DNA from: Priapulus caudatus
Taxonomy: Eukaryota
DNA length: 64,000 nt
Reading direction: 5' to 3'
Assembly (NCBI RefSeq): GCF_000485595.1
Contig: NW_014577076.1
Coordinates: forward strand, 806,727 to 870,726
Both the position numbers and the translations under genes were made by a program. Of this stretch, positions 50,201 to 60,572 are shown piece by piece. Position 1 is the first letter of the stretch, and the number at the start of each line of letters is the position of its first letter. The notes under the pieces were generated by a model. It had not been told where the DNA came from, did not search any database, and saw only the letters and a program-made list of their open reading frames with translations.

Positions 50201-53200
50201 TTACAAAAACGATTTGGAATTTGTTTAATTACACGCCGTGAATTTATTCTGGTACTATCGCTACCCATAGATGGGGCGACGAGTCTCTCTTGGAGGGATG
50301 TTCGAGAGAATTAGGCTTAGACTGCCCCGCCGTCGATTTTGTAACGCTCGAGTTACTATAACTTTAGTGTAGCGAGAGATACTTGGCGTAATGAACGTGC
50401 GTCCCAGTCAATTGGACACGAAAGCTGACTGATTTATCGTCTCATCTGGTTTGCCCGCAGCGCCCGCGAATGTTTTTGCCGTGGCAAGATCAAGCCCGCA
50501 CGTACACGGTACAGCACACACTGATCATCAGTTCGTTTAGACTGAGCCACTAGCGCACTAGAGACGTGTACAAGATGGCGTTGCGCAAAAGATGCGTTGT
50601 TACCCGACCGCACTACTACTACTACTACTAGTACTAGTAGTAGTAGTACTACTAAGTTACCAGCACTACTAGTACTAGTACTAGTAACTACCAGGACCGC
50701 AGGAGCTAATAGTAATAGTAATAATGACTAACTCTGTTACTAGTATTAACTAACTTACTAATAATGACGAACCTAGCTCTAGTACTATAGCCGCTTACAT
50801 TAACTGCCGCTGGCGGTTATCTGGCGGTCGAAGCGGTCGTCTGCCAGCGGCAGTTAATGTAAGCGGCTATAGTACTAGAGCTATGACGAACCCTAACCAT
50901 AACCCTAACCTATTATATTGATATAATATTATATTTAGATTGATGTAAATGACATTGGTTTTATTGGCCATGCCATACATACATTGGGGCCCATATAATA
51001 TTGGGAGCCATGTTCTCTATCCTTGAACCACTAGTACTACTAGACTACTATACGACTAGCAAGAAACGCTCTTTTAGGGGTTAGAATACCCCTAGGCTAT
51101 ACTAGACACAGGCACTTGAAGCGTTTCAATAAAATATATGCCTAACTAAATACGAAATCTATTTACTACGAAAATTGTTCATGTTTCTAGTATAGGCCTA
51201 CTCTCTTTCAAGAAGTTGCGAGGTGCAAAGGCTATATATAGACTAGGACTCGCTCCCACCTCGATTAGCCATTGCAGTGACTAAGCTAAGCCGAGAGGTG
51301 CGAAGAGAGTGCCAGTCTATGGGCTATAGGCGGCGGCGGCAGGCGGCGCACTGCTTTCCAACTCCCGTACGAGCCTCGCCATTCGAACGTTGCAAAAACG
51401 TTGCAGCGTTGGGGCGCGAAGAGCGCCGGTAGGTGTTTCGTGATTCTGACAGCCGTTTGCATTACTGGGCAAGGTTCGCGAATGTCAGAATTTCGACAGT
51501 CTTTCTCTGATTTCGCGTCACACAGCTCGGTTACGAACAGATTACTCGGTTACAGTTTTTATAGCAAGTCAACACTGTTGACGTCCCAAATGTCTACCCT
51601 CTGTGTCCCCCACTAAAATTGCGGACTGTTCGCTGCAGCTATGGATCCGTGCGCCCGCCAATTCATTCGCGCGCACGGATCCATAGCTGCCAGCGCTGTT
51701 ATACTGTCGTTGGACGTTCCCGCGGTCGCGTGCGCCTTGCCGCGGAACTGCGCCGAAAGATCTGCGCTTCAGCGCAATTGGGATCAACATCTCCTTTCAG
51801 CAACGCTTCTCTAGTATCCCGTCTCATCTGGATTTAATCCAACATGTGCCGCAGAGCGACAGCGCTCAACTGACGTGTACTGTAGCCGGGTATTCTTCTG
51901 ATAAACTCACTGGCAACCGAATCAAGTGCGCCTCCCGCCACCGCGTTTGCGCTCACAGCATATATCTAGGATACTACTAATACAGATCTAAAATCTATGA
52001 TAGGCTTTGCTATACAGGTAGTACAGTAATAAAGATACAGCTGTGTAACTTTAATGACTTCATTATTTAACATTTATCATGGATATGCGTCGCGTCGAGC
52101 GCGAGCGTTGTGGTGGGTGGTGGGGAGGGGGGAGGTAGGGAGAGGAGGGTGGGGGCCGGGTGGAGGGGCTCTAATAGCAAAAGCAGTTCAGTCCTTTGTT
52201 AATAGTCAACAAATCCGTGTTTACCCTTCCTCTTGAGGGTCAAAAGGTTATCAGACACTTACTCTTCGCACGTCAGCGGAAAGCACATTTCATGGTCCTT
52301 TCAATAAGTGATAAAAATGGTAGGTCAGCCGCTGAAACAAAAAAGTTTTGCACTCGGTCCGTTAGACCATGTCCTCAGAAAATGTCTGATATCTGACCTT
52401 TCCCCTACTGCCCTTTGACCTGTGACCTCCAATTTCGCGCTGGTGATGGGTTTCCTCCCATCACACTATACATCGGATATTAAGAGCGTAGACTAAGCCG
52501 TTGAGATTTGTGCCGCCAATTCCGTATTTCCTCCTATATCTTAAGTTAAGGGGGAAATATTCCCCCTCCATTGACACACCTTGACCTTTGACCCTTGACC
52601 CCCAAATTCGACATCCCGAGTCCTTTTCGCGACCCCTCCCCCCCGACGTTCCGAATATCTAGACCGTACGTCGAGCGGTTAAGATTTGTGCCAAACTGTT
52701 GACGGACGCACGGACGGACGCACGGACAATCATGCGATTCGACAAGCTGCATCTGACTTCGTCAGCTGAGCTAAAAACTGTTGCCTGAATCCGTCGCCAA
52801 TGCAGCGCACACGTGGCGATTGTTCAGCGACTCGGCAACAAATATATATGTTTGATATTCCAGCGATGAGTTACTGGCGTCAAAATCACCATCGCCATGC
52901 AGCACACACGTGACGATCTATCGGCGATTCTGTGGCCGGCAACATAATCACCAATACTAGTGATAAAAATTGCCACGCGTGCACCCGGCTTTAGATATTA
53001 TATATAAATTCCTTACCAAGCGTGTCAGGTTTGGTTGTTTGTTCATGCCAGTATCCAGTCTCTTCCCACAGAGTTGTAAGCCTCTCCATGTAAGGGTACA
53101 CCTTCCACAAATCGTTTTCGGGGAATGCAAGAGCGGGAAAAACGGAACCAATGGCAACTCTTAACAAGTAAGAGGGCGTCCTGGACGGAATAAATCCTGC

Positions 53201-56200
53201 CATGTTCATATGCATTCCCTGTACCCTAAACGTAAAACCAATATTAACTAGAGCACTCGGAGAGCGCAGACCTCCGCCAAGGCAGCTGAATTCTCTCACT
53301 GTGAAAAATTGTATTAATTAATTAATTAATTAATTAATTAATTCGATCCGGATCACCATCAAAATGTAATCAATTCTAAGTTACCCCATTTCTGACCTAT
53401 CCTAAAAATGTTATTAATTAAAATTAATTAATTAATTAATTGGATCCGGATCACCACCAAAATCTCATCAATTGTAAGTTAGCCTATTTCTGACCTATCC
53501 TGAAAATTTTATAACAATCCATCCATAACTTTTTCAGTTAGGCTGTACACAAACCCACAAACCAACAAACACACGCCGAACAAACACACGCCGGTGAAAA
53601 CATAACCTCCTGCCAACCCCTTGGCGGAGGTAATAACAGACCTATGGACCGAGACATAGCAATTAATAACTGCAGTAACCTTTCTTCACTAACAGACTGA
53701 TCTTTAAAAGTAGCGTGGGGTTTAGTAAAGAATAATTATTTAGGCGCTTAAAATTACGTTTCCTTATATGTCCAAAATTTATCCATTCAGTTCGTAATAA
53801 AGCAAGAGTACATAAACTAAGTGTAGTCACGAATATAGTCACTGTCGCCTGTAACGGTAAATACCTGTCAGTACCTCGTAATGGTAACGGTAATGGAACT
53901 GGTAATGGTAAGTACCTGTCAGGATAGTAGAGAGCCATTACGTGTACAATAACAGATCCCCAGTCTCCACCTTGTACGAAGTAGCTCTGATGCCCAAGAC
54001 GACTCATGAGCTTGTCAAAAATCTGTGATGCGTATAGCACTGAGAAACCTGGCAGTGGAAGGCAAGGCATGTAGAATAGGTGAGCATATTAACCGTTAGT
54101 GTATACAAATGATAGAATACATTGTTACCAAACACTGGAATGAGAAAATTAGGAAAATTAGGTGCAAAGCACATAACCGAATAGCGATTCTTTCGATATT
54201 ATATTTCTTATTAATGATTAGTGACGTAGCAACATATCAAGTAATAAGTAGCACATTGTGCGGATAATATAGCATTGCAAACATATTACTATAGATAAAA
54301 GTATAGTGATATAGCAATCGGGAGAATCATTATAAGAACAGTAACAAAACAATAATAATGTCAGGAGTACAAGCATTAAAGATTAGGTGAGATATAACTC
54401 GTGTATTTCTATTAAAGACTATAGGTACTATATAACTCGTGTATTTCTATTAAATTCACTAGGCCTACGTCACGAATTTTCTATGGTAAAATTTGCAAAA
54501 AAATGTTGCCATTTTTTACATTAAAAGTAAGAACTAACGGTATCGTCAAATTCTTACCTGATAAGATTGTTTCTCAACTAGTTGAAAATCTAAAAAACCT
54601 GGACGATTTGATATTAATGTTCCCAACAGTAATTGCTTGCTATGGGCTATGTATGAGTCACGAGTGTATGATCACATCGAACAATATAGTAAAACAGGAA
54701 GTATAATGCAGCAATTTAACCATAAAAAGTGAACAGAATTACTTATATTTTGTGAAAAAGCGACAGGAAGTATAATGCAGCAATTTAACCATAAAAAGTG
54801 AACAGAATTACTTATATTTTGTGAAAAAGTGGAAATATTTTTTTTATTTTTACTATTTAAAGATTAGGTGAGATATAACTCATGTATTTCTATTAAAGAT
54901 TAGGTACTATAACTCGTGTATTTCTGTAGAGTCTAAGATGTATCGTAGACGGTAACTCGTAGATAGACGTAAGAGTTCGTGTAAACGGTGAACAACTTGT
55001 AGCTTTATTGTAAAACACGGTTAGCAGTAGCATACGCACATACCAAGTGACGGTCCGGGTCTCTCCCGTTTCTCTAAAACTGCTCTCTTTTAAGCCGTGA
55101 ACGCGTGTCCGCGTTCCACTGCCTTTCCTGATTTATGGTCTGGCTAGTGGCTGCAATGACGGCTGGGGCCGGGTGACTTATTGTTTGGGGTTCGATACCT
55201 CCTTGACCAGTTCTCGGACTGTCATTACGACTCGCTTATTGCCTGCCCGTTTGCCTTCGGCCTTGTTCTAGAGTCGGGCGAGGCCGTTGCCCGGCCGTTA
55301 GACCGGCCGTCCCTTCTAACTATGTCGGACGCCATCTGTCGCCCGTCCCTGTTCCCACGGTACGCTATTTCTGCCCCTACCATTTTCTATTAAAGCATTA
55401 GGGTCGATGATATAACTCATGTATTTCTATTAAAGCATTATGCCGTACTAATTAACTCCCCGTGTATTTGTCTATTAAAGATTTAGGCTACTTCTAACTC
55501 GTGTATTTCTATTAAAGATTAGGTGAGATATAACTCATGTATTTCTATTAAAGATTAGGTACTATAACTCGTGTATTTCTATTAAAGATTAGGTACTCTA
55601 ACTCGTGTATTTCTATTAAAGATTAGATGCTGAAGTCACTATAACTCGTGTATTTCTATTAAAGATTAGGTACTATAACTCGTGTATTTCTATTAAAGAT
55701 TAGGTGAGATATAACTCGTGTATTTCGATCTGTTAAAGATTAGGTACTATAACTCGTGTATTTCTATTAAAGATTAGGTACTATAACTCGTGTATTTCTA
55801 TTAAAGATTAGGTGAGATATAACTCGTGTATTTCTATTAAAGATTAGGTACTATAACTCGTGTATTCTATTAAAGATTAGGTACTATAACTCGTGTATTT
55901 CTAGATTAGGTACTATAACTCGTGTATTTCTATAAAGATTAGGTACTATAACTCGTGTATTTCTATTAACATACCTTTCTTGTGGGCCGCTTCGGAGAAC
56001 CCGTATCCTGGAATAGAAGGACAAATTATCTCGAAAACAGGTCATCCTTTTTCCACCGTGAGCCAATGGATCGTAAGCAGCGGGATGATCTTGTAGCAAC
56101 TCGCTAGAAGGCTTCCCGCAGCCATGTACCATTAGCAGAGGCGTCACATTCTTGTAACTTGACTTCGGTTTGACGTGAACGAAAGGTACGTTCTATGCCG

Positions 56201-56597
56201 CTTAATTTCGGTGAGAAAATGTTTGTACTTATTCAGTTCGACCTGCGCATTCTTTACATGTATGTGTGCCGCCAATGTTTTCACTACCTTCTTCAACATG
56301 TCCGAATGAAACACATAATGAAACCTAAACCAGCGGTAGCGACTCCGTGTATCTTGTTCTGTCTAGTCTTTCGTACAGATCGGTTATAACCTCCTGCGAG
56401 AAGTTAACCGTAAATGATCTAATCTCGTTATTCTCGGCCAGAACCACTGGGCCTCTTCGCCCACCAGGGCGTTCCCAGCTCCGGCAGAGGTGGCGGAGGG
56501 AGTAAATAGTAAGAAATATTCACCAACAGTCCGACTGCGCCAGTACGGAGCGCAGCCACACACCGACGAGGCAAAGGCAGCAGCACGAAACACGCAT
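47022..56597 (-). CDS. EPHX1: Microsomal epoxide hydrolase (EPHX1/JHEH-like); join complement ~56597-55975 (frameshifted as assembled), 54048-53916, 53225-53017, 47688-47460, 47250-47022
   Basis: PPPLPEL..WW, IRSFTVN..DLYERL, PLLMVHG, CPSIPGYGFSEA, QGGDWGS nucleophile, ETGY..Q.TKPDT, LNDSPAGLAAWILEKFS, SMRFYKE, FPGE, GGHFAALEEP. Confidence 0.9.
47460..47688 (-). CDS. EPHX1: EPHX1-like exon 4 (AGLNDSPAGLAAWILEKFS...SMRFYKE)
   Basis: ttttag acceptor, CG|gtacgt donor. Confidence 0.92.
50774..50883. mobile_element. 110-bp hairpin MITE, 41-bp perfect TIR, 9-bp TSD TGACGAACC (Mutator-like)
   Basis: TSD at 50765-50773 and 50884-50892. Confidence 0.82.
51091..51832 (+). repeat. ~730-bp dispersed repeat, copy A (contains a CACAGGCAC end at 51107)
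   Basis: Near-identical to 57887-58616; rearranged copy at ~48970-49965. Confidence 0.8.
52110..52777 (-). mobile_element. Second copy of the HINE-like element at 26487
   Basis: Reverse-complement similarity over ~650 bp, ending GCTGAGCTAAAAA. Confidence 0.7.
53017..53225 (-). CDS. EPHX1: EPHX1-like exon 3 (VQGMHMNM...ETGYWHEQTTKPDTL)
   Basis: tttag acceptor, G|gtaagg donor. Confidence 0.9.
53246..53636 (-). mobile_element. Helentron-type non-autonomous element (CCTCCGCCAAGG subterminal IRs)
   Basis: On -: TTATTACCTCCGCCAAGG...CCTTGGCGGAGG, hairpin GCGCTC-TCC-GAGTGC, CTAGTT end. Confidence 0.78.
53916..54048 (-). CDS. EPHX1: EPHX1-like exon 2 (GFSVLYASQIFDKLMSRLG...QGGDWGS...YPDR)
   Basis: Catalytic Asp motif; gccag acceptor, AG|gtactt donor. 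Confidence 0.92.
55385..55968. repeat. 34/36-bp minisatellite TATAACTCGTGTATTTCTATTAAAGATTAGGT(AC/GAGA)
   Basis: Tandem units abut the EPHX1 exon-1 donor; further units at ~54376-54460 and ~54856-54925. Confidence 0.9.
55975..56597 (-). CDS. EPHX1: EPHX1-like coding exon 1 (membrane anchor to SEAAHKK), about ten apparent indels; ATG position tentative
   Basis: Homologous peptides recovered across frames; G|gtatgt donor; accATG at 56597. Confidence 0.7.
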
Positions 56598-56760
56598 GGT
56601 CGTAACAGCATATGGTAGTACCTACAATCCGTACTGTTTCTGTCAAATAACCTAAGAATCACTCACATACAAACGGGTACTGCATGGCAGCTAATGATTT
56701 AAAACAACTCTTGTGCAGTGTGTGCATGGTGCGGTCACTCCAAGGGTCGTCACATGAATG

Positions 56761-56828
<68 letters not shown>

Positions 56829-57886
56829 GTTTGCATAGGGTCAAGGTATTATTAGCTCTTGACATTCTTGGCAGCCGGATTATTGTCGCGCGAAGCGCGC
56901 CAACGCCGCCAGGGGCGGCCTCTAATACGGATACGCTGCCACCATTCCATCACCTTCAACGGGTTTACATATATAAGGCAAGCAGCAAGCTCGCTGAGTT
57001 GAGCAGTTCTAGCGATTGGACGACGGATTTGACTACCCATGTAGCTTGACAATTGCTTGAAATGCTTGTATAAGATTTTTGGCGACTCGGGCGCGCTTGG
57101 TTTCCTGTAAAAACACACTTTTAGTATTTTTTCACATCACTGTACATGAGTGTACATTAGTGTAGTGGCGGGCGATAGATGGCGTAACGACGCGATATGC
57201 GTGCGATTTCCCTTCGACCTTTCCTCGAGCCGGCTCGGCTTACGTATGAAAAAGCGAGACTTTGTAGTGTTTAACCCTGAGGTCAGCTGAAACGTAAACT
57301 CACCGTTCGACGAACGTAAACAGAGAAACGTATTGCGTATACACAGGGGATGGGCATGAGCTTGTGAATAGAGCAGCATGGTGATTGAGTTTAGGTTTTG
57401 CACTTTTATTACGTGCCTTGCATTCGATGCCACTCGACCATTCAAAATCGTCTCTTCTATTTTTCACAGTTACTTGAAATTGTTACCATAATCCATACAT
57501 CACTATATGTTTGAAAGCTCTCAATTAATCATGGTACATCGTAACAATAACTTATTATAATAGTCTATTATACTATTGTAACTGGCAGGTTCTCATATTA
57601 TAATGCCTACCCTACCCCCATCATTTCACAATTGAAATATATGGCAATTCAATGTCATGTCACAAAAATCAGCAACCCATTTTAGCAAAGTACTATTGTT
57701 CAGTTAGTCATCTTAGCGGTTTCAATGATATACAGCATGGACATTTTAGCTTGCATGCTGTTATTAGCTGCATTTCGATGCTGCATGCTAATAATTGGTA
57801 CAATTCGTGGTCATACATTACTATATGGTATGTTAGTCACGAGTACATTTAAACTACGTGTTACCATAACAGATGCAAGAAACTTT

Positions 57887-58616
57887 CCTAGGCTATACTA
57901 GACACAGGCACTTGAAGCGTTTCAATAAAATATAATGCTAACTAAATACGAAATATATTTACTACGAAATTGTTAATGTTTGTAGTATAGGCCTACTCTC
58001 TTTCAAGAAGGTTGCGAGGTGCAAAGGCTATATATAGACTAGGACTTGCTCCCACCTCGATTAGCCATTGAGTGACTAAGCTAAGCCGAGAGGTGCGAGA
58101 GAGTGCCAGTCTATGGGCTATAGGCGGCGGGCAGGCGGCGCACTGCTTTCCAACTCCCGTACGAGCCTCGCCATTGCAACGTTGGAAAAACGTTGCAGCG
58201 TTGGGGCGCGAAGAGCGCCGGTAGGTGTTTCCTGATTCTGACAGCCGTTTCCATTACTGGGCAAGGTTCGCGAATGTCAGAATTTCGACAGTCTTTCTGT
58301 GATTTCGCGTGACACAGCTCGGTTACCAACAGATTACTCGGTTACAGTTTTTATAACAAGTGAACACTGTCACGTCCCAAATGTCACCTCTGTGTCCCCC
58401 ACTAAAATTGCGGACTGTTCGCTGGCAGCTATGGATCCGTGCGCCCGCCAATTCATTACGCGCACGGATCCATAGCTGCCAGCGCTGCATACTGTCGTAG
58501 GACGTTCCCGCGGTCGCGTGCGCCTTGCCGCGGAACTGCGCGAAAGATCTGCGCTTCAGCGCTTCGGATCAAATCTCCTTTCGGCAACGCTTCTCTAGTA
58601 TCCCGTCTCATCTGGA
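57887..58616 (+). repeat. ~730-bp dispersed repeat, copy B
   Basis: Near-identical to 51091-51832. Confidence 0.8.
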
Positions 58617-58656
58617 TAGGGTATATGTATACGATACGTAGCATTGGCAAGACGAA

Positions 58657-59082
58657 TCTGCGTGTACGTGCGTGTACGTGCGTGTACCCGCGTGTACGTG
58701 CGTGTAATCTCCGTGTACCGCGTGTACGTGCGTGTATCTGCGTGTACGTGCGTGTATCTGCGTGTACGTGCGTGTACCGCGTGTACCTGCGTGTACGTGC
58801 GTGTACCCCGCGTGCTACGTGCGTGTATCTCCGTGTACCCGCGTGTACGTGCGTGTATCTGCGTGTACGTGTACGCTGCGTGTATCTGCGTGTACTGCGT
58901 GTATCTGCTGCTGTACGTGGTGTACCTGCGTGTACGTGCGTGTACCCGCGTGTACGTGCGTGTATCTCCGTGTACGTGTACGTGCGTGTATCTGCGTGTA
59001 CGTGCGTGTATCTGCGTGTACGTGCGTGTACCCGCGTGTACGTGCGTGTACCTGCGTGTACCAGCGTGTACGTGCGTGTACC
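58657..59082. repeat. 10-bp satellite TACGTGCGTG/TACCCGCGTG/TATCTGCGTG (same unit as 35238-35462)
   Basis: Direct inspection. Confidence 0.88.
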
Positions 59083-59159
59083 CCCTCTGTGCGTGCCTGC
59101 CTGAGCAGCCATTGTTTACAGGTCAGGATGATCCCAGGTCATGAATAATAATTAAGAAT

Positions 59160-59531
59160 AGGGTCCCTATATACAGAGAGTTGCGCCATGACGAGTCGGA
59201 AAAAATCGGTCACGTGGTCGCTGGACGACATGTTGTTTCCAAAATGATACGCACGGCTATGGCCGTAAGAAAGTGTACAATTAAATTATCATATGGCGCG
59301 AACGATTTGAGTTACATTTCTAGAAATCTAGATACACATAGACACATGTCTTAGCTATAATCTCTGTAAATTTTGAGTTTATTGAAGCACGATTAGTCTA
59401 ATTAATTACTACGGACCATTGTACAGCGTAACCATACAGCGCTGTACTTAAGCCAGCGGGGTGAGGATCCATTTGGAAACAAAATGGCGTCAAATCCTGA
59501 GTTGGCGCAACTCTCTGTATACAGGGACCCT
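59160..59531. mobile_element. MITE with 29-bp TIR AGGGTCCCTRTATACAGAGAGTTGCGCCA and 2-bp TSD (AT or TA; ISL2EU/PIF-like)
   Basis: TIRs read directly, 1 mismatch; superfamily is an inference. Confidence 0.78.
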
Positions 59532-60086
59532 ATATAGCGCCATAGGCGCAAGATAGACCACTCTCCAATCACAGCCGGGGTAGGCCATTAGTAAGCAGGT
59601 TCACACGAAGTTCCCGGATGCTGCTGTATCTGCTGCTGTGCAACTGTCTGCAGTGCTGTGTACCAATTCGTTATGGCGTCTACGTCAACAAGCTCAGCTC
59701 ACTGTTCCACAGGCACTTGGGCCGTTTCAATAATAAAATGTCAATAATAAATACAACTTGTCAGTACTAGACCTACCAGTACCAGTACCAGTAATAGTCT
59801 TAATGTTTGATTTGACCTAATAACTTCACTTCAATACCGTCCAATACACCGCTGCAACACACATTCCTATAGCGCGCACGCCATTGTGCACAAATACACA
59901 GTAATACACAGTATGCAGTAATACACAGTAATACATAGTATGCAGTAATACACAGTAATACACCCTATATTACTGTGTATTTGTGCACAATGGCGTGCGC
60001 GCTATAGGAATGTGTGTTGCAGCGGTGTAGGCCTATTGGGCTTAGTCTAGTAAGTTATTAGGTCAAATTAAACATTAATACTATTA

Positions 60087-60572
60087 CAGGCCCGTAGCCA
60101 GGGAGGTTCGGGGGGTTCGAACGACCCCCCCCCGAGCCCCCCAAGCAAAAAAATTGTTTTTTTTTAAATTTGCAAGAATTTCACCTCAGGTCGCTTCATT
60201 TTAGTGTAATAATTGCAAAATCTCCATCGTGCGGAGGGTGAACAGTGAACACCCCCCTCCCACACCCTCCCCTGCTCGGTCGCTTGGCTCCCTCGCCTTT
60301 GTCGCTTCGCGCCCGAGCAGGGGCGTCTACAGGGGGGGGTCCAGGGAGTCGGACCCCCCCCTTGCTCGCGCAGAAAACGCATCTGAGGGGGTGTAATTTA
60401 AAAAAAATTCTGGGGGAGGGCCTCCCATACCCCTCTTCGCGGGCTCGCAACTTTGGGTTACGGTTAGACCCCCCCCCCCTGGTACAAATCCTGTACACGC
60501 CCCTGCCGAGCAAAAATGGCAACATTGAAACACGAACCCCCTCCCCCCAATATAAAGCTGGCTACGGGCCTG
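60087..60572. mobile_element. MITE with 15-bp TIR CAGGCCCGTAGCCAG and 6-bp TSD CTATTA, nested in the P-type MITE
   Basis: Perfect TIRs; CTATTA at 60081-60086 and 60573-60578. Confidence 0.85.
60318..60505. mobile_element. MITE with 16-bp TIR CAGGGGCGTSTACAGG and 5-bp TSD CCGAG, innermost nested element
   Basis: TIRs with 1 mismatch; CCGAG at 60313-60317 and 60506-60510. Confidence 0.8.

Noticed and set aside
55385..55968. Second CRISPR-like array
   Set aside because: Head-to-tail 34/36-bp units with no spacers.
56325..56340. Apparent acceptor tttag splitting EPHX1 exon 1
   Set aside because: Homology (IRSFTVN...DLYERLDRTRYTESL) continues immediately upstream, so this is an indel inside one exon.
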